Made by a program: the position numbers and the translations under genes. Below, piece by piece: positions 45,654 through 54,179 of a DNA stretch of 64,000 nucleotides (position 1 is the stretch's first letter; each line of letters begins with the position of its first letter). Source of the stretch: Terriglobia bacterium (GTDB lineage: Bacteria; Acidobacteriota; Terriglobia; UBA7540); the NCBI GenBank assembly GCA_035934315.1, contig DASYXZ010000090.1, positions 2,742-66,741 on the forward strand, written 5' to 3'. The notes below the pieces were generated by a model, which did no database searches, was not told the DNA's origin, and saw only the letters and a list, made by a program, of their open reading frames with translations.

Positions 45654-46979
45654 TTACTCCTCGTGGTCGGCGGGGCTATCAGGGCCGCTTTCGCCGGCAA
45701 AGGGCCAGTTGACGTTCAGCCGCAATTCCTGCTCGCGAACTTTTGGCGGAACCTTATCCACGCGCAAATTTTCGAACCAGTGCACTCCGGTCTTGCCCGC
45801 CACCAGAATGTCTTTATCACCGTCTTCGTCGATGTCGGTCACAATGATTTGAGTACCGATTTCGGCCGTGCCGTTATAGCTGATCGGGAAACGCGTGAAG
45901 GTGGCGGTTTTGCGATCAATTTTGTAATAGAAAATGCAAAGCGGCTCGTAAAGTCCGGGGTCGGGATCGCCGCGATATCGCTTGCCGGTAATCAGTTCCA
46001 ATTCTCCGTCATCATCAATGTCGGCCAGCTTCAGCGCGTGGGCTTCGGAAAATGATTCGTCAATGACATGCCTTTCCCATGTGCGCCGTCCCTGGCTGAA
46101 TTTCTGCTCCAGCCAATAAAGTCCGAACGAGTGGCCATGTCCATAGATGATGTCCATCTTGCCGTCCGCGTTCACGTCGTATCCTAAGATGGGAAAGCCG
46201 GCTTCACCCAGCTCCCATTCCGGATGCCACTTCCATTGGTCGCGGTCAGCGTCAACGTTTTCGAGCCAGCCGTGGACGGAAAGCAGGTCCGGCTTGCCGT
46301 CGCCGTTGATGTCCGCGACGCCAACCCCGTGGCCGTCAGCCGTTTTGCCGCCCACCTCGTGCACGACGGGCTTGGGGCCTGCGAAGTTGATCCAGATCAG
46401 GTTGGAAGGCCGATAGTGGGCCACGGCGATGTCCGCAACGCCGTCACCGTTGATATCGGCGTGAACCATGCCCTCGGTCGCGGTCGAATGGCAGATGAGG
46501 TGTTGCTCCCAGAAGGTATCGGGTTTCTTTGGGTTCTCAAACCACCACACGCCGTCGGTCTGCCACGCGGCGGTCACGACGTCGAGGGTCCCATCATGGT
46601 TAACGTCCACCGGAAACTGAGCGCACTCCGCCACAAACTCGGTCTTGCTCTCGCCCGCAATGCGGAACGGCCAGACGCTTACATAACGCCACTGATGCCT
46701 TTTCCACACCGTGCCGAGCGGCCCGGGATTTTCATACCAATAGGCTCCGCTCACGATGTCCGGCTTTCCGTCACCGTTCATATCCATCACGGAGATCGCC
46801 TCGGCGTGATCGGTTCCAATTCGATGGGAGAGGAAAACGTCCGGACGCTGGGACACAGGCGTAGTTGTGGTTCCGCTTGGGGCGGCTGCCGCCGGAGCAG
46901 AGCGCGGCGCGGGTGCAGCCGTCAGTGCAGGTGCCGCCGCTGCGGTCAATCCGAGGCTCAGGAACTTGCGACGATGCAT
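45654..46979 (-). CDS. FG-GAP/VCBS-repeat beta-propeller protein, Tat-exported (copy 2)
   Basis: It begins MHRRKFLSLGLTAAAAPALTAAPA (Tat). Its blades include MDMNGDGKPDIVSGAYWYENPG, VDVNHDGTLDVVTAAWQ, ADINGDGVADIAVAHY, ADINGDGKPDLLSVHGWLEN, YDVNADGKMDIIYGHGHS, ADIDDDGELELITGKRYRGD and TDIDEDGDKDILVAGKTGVHWFEN. Confidence 0.8.
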   Translation of the reverse strand: MHRRKFLSLGLTAAAAPALTAAPAPRSAPAAAAPSGTTTTPVSQRPDVFLSHRIGTDHAEAISVMDMNGDGKPDIVSGAYWYENPGPLGTVWKRHQWRYVSVWPFRIAGESKTEFVAECAQFPVDVNHDGTLDVVTAAWQTDGVWWFENPKKPDTFWEQHLICHSTATEGMVHADINGDGVADIAVAHYRPSNLIWINFAGPKPVVHEVGGKTADGHGVGVADINGDGKPDLLSVHGWLENVDADRDQWKWHPEWELGEAGFPILGYDVNADGKMDIIYGHGHSFGLYWLEQKFSQGRRTWERHVIDESFSEAHALKLADIDDDGELELITGKRYRGDPDPGLYEPLCIFYYKIDRKTATFTRFPISYNGTAEIGTQIIVTDIDEDGDKDILVAGKTGVHWFENLRVDKVPPKVREQELRLNVNWPFAGESGPDSPADHEE

Positions 46980-47125
46980 AAGACCCCCTCGGGTGGAATG
47001 TTCACTTTGACTTTAGCAATGTCTCTTGAAAGATCCACGACCTCTCCTCAAGATGCTGGCAGGTCATGTTTCTCGCGCTCTTGAGACGATCAGAGCATCA
47101 CTCGAAGCGGTTAAGAAACAGGCAA

Positions 47126-48046
47126 TCAAACACCAGTGATTTGCCTGAGATATGCCCGATCCTGTCGAAGCGTATCTTCAGGATGCTGCAGGGGATGAGG
47201 ATAATTGCGCTCATCTTCAATTTCCAGCCACCCTGACCAGTCGCTTTTCAGCAACGGCGCGACCACACCTTTCAAATTCACATCCCCCTCTCCGAGCTTG
47301 GTATAAATGAGCTTGCCGGAATCTTCTAATTTCACATCCTTGAGATGGTAAATCCGAATCCTTCTGAAATGCTCAGCTGAAAAATCAGCCGGCTTGACCA
47401 ACCCAACGGCATGGCCCACGTCAAAGCACAGGCAGACTATCTCCGGGTCCGTGTCCCGCAGGAGAAGACTCATCGGCGTGGGGTCGCCCTCGAACTCGTG
47501 CCGGTGGTTGTGGTAGCAAAGTTCCACGCCCTCCGCTTTAACCGCATTGCCCAGCCGATTAAGGGCGTCAGTCCAAACGCCCATGAGATTGAGGTCCAAA
47601 TGACCTCCAAGCTGCGGGAAGCTTCCGGTACCGATAAGCTGGTAGCCTCCGCCCATCTCCGCAATGTAACCCGCAATCCTGCGCAGCGATTCGATCTCTC
47701 CAGGTATTTTGTCCTTGTCCAGCAGCCTCCCCGGACAATACAGCCCCGACAACTGTACATGGTGGGCTGCAAAATCTTTGCGGCATTCGGCGGCCTGGTT
47801 GAAACGGGCGCTCAAAGCCTTATAGTTGGTTTCGAACCCCTTGTATTTCAGGCGGGCCAGTGAGTCAGCAATCCGCAACAGGTCATCGTAGCTCTTGATG
47901 GGCATACCCCAAGCATTGGTTTGGGCGCCAATGTGCAGGCGCTCAGCGCGGCTCGGTGGAGTCGCCTTCAGCTTCCCAGTGGCAGCGAGAAGCGCCAGTG
48001 CGCCCGAACTCTTTTCTAGAAAGTCACGCCGATTGAACCTGATCAA
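47126..48046 (-). CDS. Sugar phosphate isomerase/epimerase (xylose-isomerase-like TIM barrel), Tat-exported
   Basis: I chose the TTG start at 48046, which is preceded by GGAGGG. This gives MIRFNRRDFLEKSSGALALLAATGKLKA (Tat). The TIM-barrel motifs are ELCYHNHRHEF, CFDVGHA and the C-terminal WLEIE. The ORF is open upstream to GTG 48127, but that part is occupied by a palindromic repeat. Confidence 0.8.
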   Translation of the reverse strand: MIRFNRRDFLEKSSGALALLAATGKLKATPPSRAERLHIGAQTNAWGMPIKSYDDLLRIADSLARLKYKGFETNYKALSARFNQAAECRKDFAAHHVQLSGLYCPGRLLDKDKIPGEIESLRRIAGYIAEMGGGYQLIGTGSFPQLGGHLDLNLMGVWTDALNRLGNAVKAEGVELCYHNHRHEFEGDPTPMSLLLRDTDPEIVCLCFDVGHAVGLVKPADFSAEHFRRIRIYHLKDVKLEDSGKLIYTKLGEGDVNLKGVVAPLLKSDWSGWLEIEDERNYPHPLQHPEDTLRQDRAYLRQITGV

Positions 48047-48096
48047 TAGTTGCCCTCCGCAAAGAGAATACAACCATAGCCACCGCAAACTCCAGG

Positions 48097-48180
48097 CAGG
48101 CTGATGAAAAACTGAGTAGCGCCGCACTTTAAGGCCCGGCGCTACGAAAAACCATAGTCATCGATTTTTTCATCAGCCTG
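48097..48180. repeat. Nested palindromic element bounded by 15-nt inverted termini CAGGCTGATGAAAAA / TTTTTCATCAGCCTG (element 1)
   Basis: The termini at 48097-48111 and 48166-48180 are perfect reverse complements. The inner 9-bp hairpin is GTAGCGCCG (48116-48124) / CGGCGCTAC (48137-48145). The element abuts the stop codon (48181-48183) of the Gfo/Idh/MocA copy 2 gene. Confidence 0.6.
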
Positions 48181-49389
48181 CTAAAGACTCTCGTCATCCC
48201 AGCCCACTGGGTTTCCGGTTCGCAATGAACGCTCGGAAGCCAGCGAGATGTGAATCGCGTCCTTTCCGACCTTTCCATTCAAAAGGGGAGGCTCTCCGGT
48301 CGTCATTGATCGTATAAACGCCAGGTGCTCACGATAAGTTTCAATGTCGAGATGCCCATCCGTGACCTGGCTTTTCCGCAACTCCTCCTCTTCGGGTCGA
48401 AGGTCAGGCACAGGAACTTTTTCTGATTTACCGCTGTAATAGTGGATGACGATCAACCCCTGGTGGCCATCCCGTTCCAGGTGCATTTCGGCTTTGGAGC
48501 CGAAGAAGCGCATGGTGGGCCCCTCCGGAGTCCCCGGTGTAAAGATGGTGAACCCAAAATTGCATTTGACCTCGTTGGAGAATTGAATCAGCAATCCCGC
48601 GTGGTCCACCGTTTCTCGGTCGCGGAAAATATTGTTGCCGCCCACAGCCTCGATGCGTTGCGGCTCGGCGTCAACCAGCCAATGAATCAGATCGAGCTCG
48701 TGGATACCATCCTCCAGCAAGGCACTCCCGCAGGTCAGTGTCAGAAACCGCCAGTTGGTTCTTTCGCCGGTCTTGGGATCGGTATATTTCCAGCTTCGTG
48801 GGTTCCAATCCCCCCGGAAAAGCGCAGCGAAGACGTACTCCACGCTGCCGATCTCGCCTTGGTGGATCAAGTCGTGCATCCGTTGGAATGAATTCGAATA
48901 CCGCCTCTGGAAACCCACCTGGAGAATATTTCCGTGCTCCTCCGCCGCTCGCATCATGCGGTCAGCGTCAGCCAGATGCGTGGCCAGGGGCTTCTCGGTC
49001 AGAACATGCTTGCCGGCTTCGAGAGCCGCGATGGTGACTTCCGCGTGTTTGTAGTTGGGCACCACCGCGACAACCGCGTCAAGCTCAGGGTGCTGCGCTA
49101 ACATTTGGCGATAGTCAGAGTATCCCACGGTGGCAGGCCCGCAGATTTTGAGCCCCTCTTTCAGGTTTTCGGGCGTGATGTCACATAAGGCAACGATTTC
49201 GACTTCGGGGATATAATCGTGCAGGATTTTCAAGTGAGCCCCGCGGGACCGGTATCCCGAACCCACAATACCGTAACGAAGCTTCCGTGAAGTCGATGCG
49301 AAGGACTGCGACGGAACAGCAAGGCTTGCGGCCCCTGCAACCGCGCCAAAGAGGAAATCGCGTCGGGCTATTTTTGACGAATCTGACAT
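48181..49389 (-). CDS. Gfo/Idh/MocA-family NAD(P)-dependent oxidoreductase, Tat-exported (copy 2)
   Basis: It begins MSDSSKIARRDFLFGAVAGAASLAVPSQSFA (Tat). It has YGIVGSGYRSRGAHL and GKHVLTEKPLAT. By eye it is roughly 60-65% identical to copy 1 across the whole length. The start ATG 49389 follows a G-run; the ORF is open to 49452, but those codons lie inside repeat element 2. Confidence 0.85.
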   Translation of the reverse strand: MSDSSKIARRDFLFGAVAGAASLAVPSQSFASTSRKLRYGIVGSGYRSRGAHLKILHDYIPEVEIVALCDITPENLKEGLKICGPATVGYSDYRQMLAQHPELDAVVAVVPNYKHAEVTIAALEAGKHVLTEKPLATHLADADRMMRAAEEHGNILQVGFQRRYSNSFQRMHDLIHQGEIGSVEYVFAALFRGDWNPRSWKYTDPKTGERTNWRFLTLTCGSALLEDGIHELDLIHWLVDAEPQRIEAVGGNNIFRDRETVDHAGLLIQFSNEVKCNFGFTIFTPGTPEGPTMRFFGSKAEMHLERDGHQGLIVIHYYSGKSEKVPVPDLRPEEEELRKSQVTDGHLDIETYREHLAFIRSMTTGEPPLLNGKVGKDAIHISLASERSLRTGNPVGWDDESL

Positions 49390-49428
49390 GTCACCCCCCC
49401 CGAAGTCTCCAGACCGATACTCGCATAT

Positions 49429-49561
49429 CAGGAGGCTGATGAAAAACTCCAACTGTTTGTCATTCCGCGTGCAGCGAGGAATCTATGTGGTTGATTTCAA
49501 ACCAGAGCGAGATTCCTCGCGTCGCTCCGTATGACAATTTGGGGCGTTTTTCATCAGCCTG
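49429..49561. repeat. Nested palindromic element with the same termini (..GGCTGATGAAAAAC / GTTTTTCATCAGCCTG) as element 1 but a different, longer internal hairpin (element 2)
   Basis: The left terminus is at 49434-49446 and the right terminus at 49547-49561. The inner inverted repeats are TGTCATTCCGCG..CGAGGAATC (49458-49483) and GATTCCTCGCG..CGTATGACA (49511-49536). Confidence 0.6.
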
Positions 49562-49645
49562 TTAGATTTCACCATGGTGCAAATGCAATAACGCATGCTT
49601 AGCTTTTTGACTCCAAGATTGTCCTGCCGCAGCCGGTATGGGGCT

Positions 49646-52600
49646 TCAGAACACCAGCTTCAAGGCGAACTGGAGAACGCGAGGATTACCCAGATTGCCC
49701 ACATCGTTCAAGCCGTTCCCCTTTGTCCCCTGGATTTTCCCAAAATTACTGGTGTTGTTGACGGTTGAATTCGGGTTGCCAAAATTAGCGTGATTGAAGA
49801 AGTTGAAGGCTTCAAACCGGAATTCAGCACGCAGGCGCTCGGTGATTGAGGTTGATTTGAGAAGTCCGAAATCCACGTTCCAGGCGCCTGGGCCGCGTAG
49901 ACTGTTGCGGCCGACGTTGCCGAACGTGCCCTTGGGGTTAGCGACGAAGGCCGCGGTATTGAAATACTCTTGCAATTGAGTCACGCCCGCGGGCCTGGCG
50001 ATATTGGCGTTGATTTGGTCTGCGGTGTCGGAGTTCGGCGAGCCGGAGCCGGAATTGTCTTGTCCCGCAGAGACAGTGAACGGACCACCAGTCTGTGCCG
50101 TGATGATAGAGGTCGTCTCCCAGCCGTTGAGGAACTTGTCGGCCGGACCGTGGAAAGCCCTCACCCTCGGTAAGTCGTAGACCAGCGAGACATCGGCGCT
50201 GTGAGTGAGGTCCCAATTACAGGGACCGTAGCCGTTGTTGATATCGAACTTGTTGTTGAAGGCGCTACCGCCGCCGGCATCGGCTCCAATTGTTTCGCCG
50301 GACTCGTTGTCCATGCACCTTGAATAGACGTAGTTGCCGATCAGGTTCACCCCATGGGTCATCCGCTTGGTGACGCTGACCTGGAGGGCGTTGTAATTGG
50401 CAAATTCCCACGGCGTCGCCAGGGCGAGCGGAGAGTAATTTGGATAGACCCTGACTTTCGTGGAGGGAAAGATGGGGTTGATTTGCCGGGTTGCCATCAC
50501 CTTGAGCTGATGGTTTCCGACGTATGAGACAGAGACCCCCAGGTCGCGCAGAATTTGCCGCTCTGCCGTGAAGTTCCATTCTTCCGTATAGCCGGTTTTG
50601 GCGTGTGGATCGAGCAGTGAAGTGTTGACGGGAAGAAGGAACTTGTAGGTCTTGAGGGCGCTCGTGGGCGGCGGTGTGAACGGGAAGGGGTCACCGCCCG
50701 GGAAACCCGCGTAGGGGTCGTCTATGCTCGCCGGCGGAGGAACGTCCATCGTGACCGACTGCGAGCGGAAGGCGCTGCCCGAGTTCGAGGTGCGAATCAT
50801 GTTCAGCGGAATGGTGTTATAGAAGATCCCGAACGCACCACGGACAACCGTCTTGCCGTTCCCCTGAACATCCCATGCGAACCCTACGCGCGGCGCGAAG
50901 TTGTTCCAATCGGCGGGCCAGATGGAATCGCGAATTCCGGGATCGCCGGTGAAGAGCAGCCCGGGCGGCGCCAGAGGCGCGACTGTGGATTGGGCGCCCG
51001 CTTCAAATCCGGCCGCCGGACCCAGCAGATCGTAAGCCGGCAGCCAGGGCTCCCAACGCAGCCCCAAGTTGAGAGTGAGCCGAGGCAACACCTTCCAGTC
51101 ATCTTCAATCCAAGGCGCCCAGTTTGTCTGCCGGAAATCCTGAGGGGTGCGGGCGCTTTGGAAGAAATTGTTCGGCAGGCCCAGAAGGAAATCGGCAAAG
51201 GAGTCGCCGCAATTCTTGCAGCCGGCAGGGCCGGTGCGAGAGCCATTGAAAGTAAATTGCCCGGAGGCGAAGGATTTGTCCGCCGAAAACATCCGGTCGC
51301 GCTCGACTTCCATTCCGAACTGAAGTAAGTGCTTGCCGCGCGTCCAGGTAAACTGGCCGCGGTATTCCCAAACTCCAGGGTATCCGAGAAGGCCGCCGCC
51401 GCTGAAGAGGTTCACGTAATTCTTAATGTTGACGCGCATCTCAGGCGCGGCGCCGGCGATGGCCTCGGGAATCTTCGCCCCCGCAGACTGGAGCGTGATC
51501 GGCTCCTTGGGAATCTGCGTCCGCGCCGTGCGTGTGTAGCCGAAGGAGCCTACGAACAACAAATTCGGGCTGAACGTGTGGGTATCCGTGATCAGGAGAT
51601 TCTGGTCGAGGAAGAAGTTCTTGGCGTTAATGCCCGTGAAGGGGCTGGTCGGACGGACGTAATCAAATTCATCCAGGTAATAGCGGGCGGTAAAGTGATC
51701 GTTGACGCCGAAAACACGGTCGACCCGCACGTCCATCTGGTCATCGGTTGCCGGAAGGGCGGGTGTCAGTTGCGCCCGGTTCGGAGCCAACCCGGGCGTG
51801 GGCAGGGGAATCAACGGCAGCAGCTTGAGCCCAACGGCGTCGAAGCTGGTTGAGGGAATCATATTGCCACTGAACTGCTTGCCCGTCGCGGGGTTAATGA
51901 TCGTCCTGCCAGTCGATGAAAAGTCGCCGCCTCTTTGGGCCAGCGTGGGAACGGTCACAAGGGATGGGCTTGCCGCGCCCACCTTACGCGTGCCCTGGTA
52001 TGACCCAAAGATAAAAGTCTTGTCTTTCTGAACTGGTCCCCCGAAAGTGGCGCCAAACTGGTTGCGCTTGAAGGGTGTCGTGGTCGTGGCGAAGAAGTTT
52101 CTGGAATCGAGAGCATCGTTCCGTAGAAACTCGAATACCTCGCCGTGGAACTGATTGGTCCCCGAACGCGTGGAGAGAAGCATGGTGGCGCCCGGGCCGC
52201 TATAGGCGGCGCTGAAGTTCGAGGACTTCATGGTGAACTCTTGCAGCGCGTCGGGGTTGGGCAAGTTAGGCACGTTGCCGAACTCAGCGTTCTTGTAGCT
52301 GACACCGTCCATAACATAATTGTTATCCACGGAGCGTAACCCATTGCTGGTAACTCCGTCGTTCTCCTCCTGGTTGCCTTCCGTTCCCGTGCCGGTCGTT
52401 TGTGTGCCGGCAGTGAGCGTGACCAGTTGCAGGGCGTTGCGGCCGTTGAGCGGCAGCTCGCGCATAGCGCGGCTGGTGATTGTCGTTTGGACCTCGGACG
52501 AAGTCGATTGCACGACCGGGGCGGATGCGGTGACCTCCACGGATTGCACCGTCCCTCCGACCGTGAGCTGTAAATGAAGGTCCACGCTCTGCCCGGTCAG

Positions 52601-52930
52601 GAGTTGTAATCCGCTGCGGGTCAGCTTTTGAAAACCGGCATGGGTAACAACAAGCTCATACCCGCCGATGGGCAAAGAAGGAAACCGGAATAGGCCCTCG
52701 GCGTTGGTCACGGCATTATAGGTCAATGCAGTTTGGGTGTTTCTGCACGCCACGCTGGCCTGAGGCACGACTGCGCCTGTCGCATCCACGACCGTGCCCG
52801 TCAACAGGGCCGTTGATTGTGCGAGAAGAAAAGAGGGCGCCAGCCACGCGGCAAAGACAAAAAGCAAAACATACTTCACCTTGCGCCTGAGCAAGCCTTC
52901 AGTGGCAACTCGGATGTTGAGCTTTTCCAT
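49646..52930 (-). CDS. TonB-dependent outer-membrane receptor with carboxypeptidase-regulatory-like domain (receptor 4)
   Basis: The start ATG 52930 (MEKLNIRVATEGLLRRKVKYVLLFVFAAWLAPSFLLAQ) is preceded by GGAGGAAATTGAAT. It has GTVVDATGAVVPQASVACRNTQT..EGLFRFPSLPIGGYE and the plug segment LPLNGRNALQLVTLTAG. The C-terminus is ..NPRVLQFALKLVF. Confidence 0.9.
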   Translation of the reverse strand: MEKLNIRVATEGLLRRKVKYVLLFVFAAWLAPSFLLAQSTALLTGTVVDATGAVVPQASVACRNTQTALTYNAVTNAEGLFRFPSLPIGGYELVVTHAGFQKLTRSGLQLLTGQSVDLHLQLTVGGTVQSVEVTASAPVVQSTSSEVQTTITSRAMRELPLNGRNALQLVTLTAGTQTTGTGTEGNQEENDGVTSNGLRSVDNNYVMDGVSYKNAEFGNVPNLPNPDALQEFTMKSSNFSAAYSGPGATMLLSTRSGTNQFHGEVFEFLRNDALDSRNFFATTTTPFKRNQFGATFGGPVQKDKTFIFGSYQGTRKVGAASPSLVTVPTLAQRGGDFSSTGRTIINPATGKQFSGNMIPSTSFDAVGLKLLPLIPLPTPGLAPNRAQLTPALPATDDQMDVRVDRVFGVNDHFTARYYLDEFDYVRPTSPFTGINAKNFFLDQNLLITDTHTFSPNLLFVGSFGYTRTARTQIPKEPITLQSAGAKIPEAIAGAAPEMRVNIKNYVNLFSGGGLLGYPGVWEYRGQFTWTRGKHLLQFGMEVERDRMFSADKSFASGQFTFNGSRTGPAGCKNCGDSFADFLLGLPNNFFQSARTPQDFRQTNWAPWIEDDWKVLPRLTLNLGLRWEPWLPAYDLLGPAAGFEAGAQSTVAPLAPPGLLFTGDPGIRDSIWPADWNNFAPRVGFAWDVQGNGKTVVRGAFGIFYNTIPLNMIRTSNSGSAFRSQSVTMDVPPPASIDDPYAGFPGGDPFPFTPPPTSALKTYKFLLPVNTSLLDPHAKTGYTEEWNFTAERQILRDLGVSVSYVGNHQLKVMATRQINPIFPSTKVRVYPNYSPLALATPWEFANYNALQVSVTKRMTHGVNLIGNYVYSRCMDNESGETIGADAGGGSAFNNKFDINNGYGPCNWDLTHSADVSLVYDLPRVRAFHGPADKFLNGWETTSIITAQTGGPFTVSAGQDNSGSGSPNSDTADQINANIARPAGVTQLQEYFNTAAFVANPKGTFGNVGRNSLRGPGAWNVDFGLLKSTSITERLRAEFRFEAFNFFNHANFGNPNSTVNNTSNFGKIQGTKGNGLNDVGNLGNPRVLQFALKLVF

Positions 52931-52970
52931 ATTCAATTTCCTCCAGACCAAAACCCGACGCAATGAATGA

Positions 52971-53026
52971 AGGCTACTAAGGCCGAATATCGAATGTCAA
53001 GCTAAAAATTGGTATCTTATATATTA
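52971..53026 (-). promoter_or_regulatory. Putative promoter of receptor 4 with upstream TGGTAT/ATAT motif
   Basis: The minus sense reads TAATATATAAGATACCAATTTTTAGC-TTGACA-N18-TAGCCT. On the plus strand these elements are tgtcaa 52995-53000 and the motif TTGGTATCTTATATATTA at 53009-53026. Confidence 0.4.
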
Positions 53027-53189
53027 GATTCGTGCGATCTTTTGCACGGGTATCTCAAAAGCTATCACCGGGCCCGCTGATTGGGCTGGGGCGGGCGCGT
53101 TCAAGAGTGGCGCCGCGCCGGTGGGCGTCATGGCGGGCAACAGGGAAATCAAGTTTTCAGCGTTGAACCCTTCCCGGGCGGCGCGGGAA

Positions 53190-54137
53190 TCAATAAAGGA
53201 GCAATTGATCAATCCGCCCGCTGAGGTCACGAAGGTAGGACTCCGGACCGGGGGCCAGTTCGGTGGTGACAATCCCCGAGTAGCCGACATCGATCAGGGC
53301 CTGGCGCACCGCCTTCCAATCAACGGTCCCTTCGCCGAGGTTCACAAAGTGGCGGGTTTTGGGGTCGTAGTCTTTCAGGTGAATTTTTGCGATTCGCCCG
53401 CCCAGCGCGCGAATCCAATCCTGCGGATAACCGAAGGGCATGACATTGCCGACGTCAAAGTAGGCTTTGAGCCAGGGGCTTTTGAACTCGTCCACATAAG
53501 CGGCGAATTCGACAGGGCTGAGCAAGAATTTATTCCAGACCTCTTCCACGGCGATAACGACCTTCTGCTCCGCGGCAAACGGAATGACCGATCGCAGGTT
53601 TTTCTGCGAGCGAACCCAGGCCTCGTGGTAGGAGACAGCCGGCGTAACCAGGGCGGGGACGACAAGGACGGTACTTCCGCCGTAGAGGCTGGCTTCACAC
53701 AAAGAGGTCCGCACCGCATCCAACCTTTTGCTGACGATGGAGGAATCCGGACTCGAAAGCGGCAACTCCGTCCAAAGGCCGTTGGTGACACCATGGATTT
53801 TGATGTTCGCCGCATCCGCCGACTTCTTAATTTCGTCAGCCTCCTGCAGGTCGGTCACGGTGTTTGCTTCGACGTAATGGAAGCTGGCGTCCCGCGCCAT
53901 GTTGAAACGCTCGGCATAGCTAAGTTGCTTCGGCAACATCCGCAGTTGGACAGCCTTGTGGACCTTGCCGACCAAGGTCTGAGAGTCGCTGGATATAGCA
54001 TTGGAATCGGCGGAGGCCCCACGACCGTCCTTGAAGGCCGACGCCCGGAATGTCCTGCTGGAGAGGTCTCCAGCCAGTGTTCCCGCCATGGCCACTGCGC
54101 CTTCCATAACCTGCCGTCGAGAAGTACTGTTGGGCAC
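53190..54137 (-). CDS. Sugar phosphate isomerase/epimerase (xylose-isomerase-like TIM barrel) with Tat-like signal
   Basis: It starts at GTG 54137, preceded by AAGGAG, and begins MPNSTSRRQVMEGAVAMAGTLAG. It has the TIM-barrel motifs VIAVEEVWNKF, YFDVGNV and HLKDY, plus GYSGIVTTEL. Confidence 0.8.
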   Translation of the reverse strand: MPNSTSRRQVMEGAVAMAGTLAGDLSSRTFRASAFKDGRGASADSNAISSDSQTLVGKVHKAVQLRMLPKQLSYAERFNMARDASFHYVEANTVTDLQEADEIKKSADAANIKIHGVTNGLWTELPLSSPDSSIVSKRLDAVRTSLCEASLYGGSTVLVVPALVTPAVSYHEAWVRSQKNLRSVIPFAAEQKVVIAVEEVWNKFLLSPVEFAAYVDEFKSPWLKAYFDVGNVMPFGYPQDWIRALGGRIAKIHLKDYDPKTRHFVNLGEGTVDWKAVRQALIDVGYSGIVTTELAPGPESYLRDLSGRIDQLLLY

Positions 54138-54179
54138 CCTGCGCTCCTTTGCCTAAAGTTGCGCCATCGTTCTTCCACT

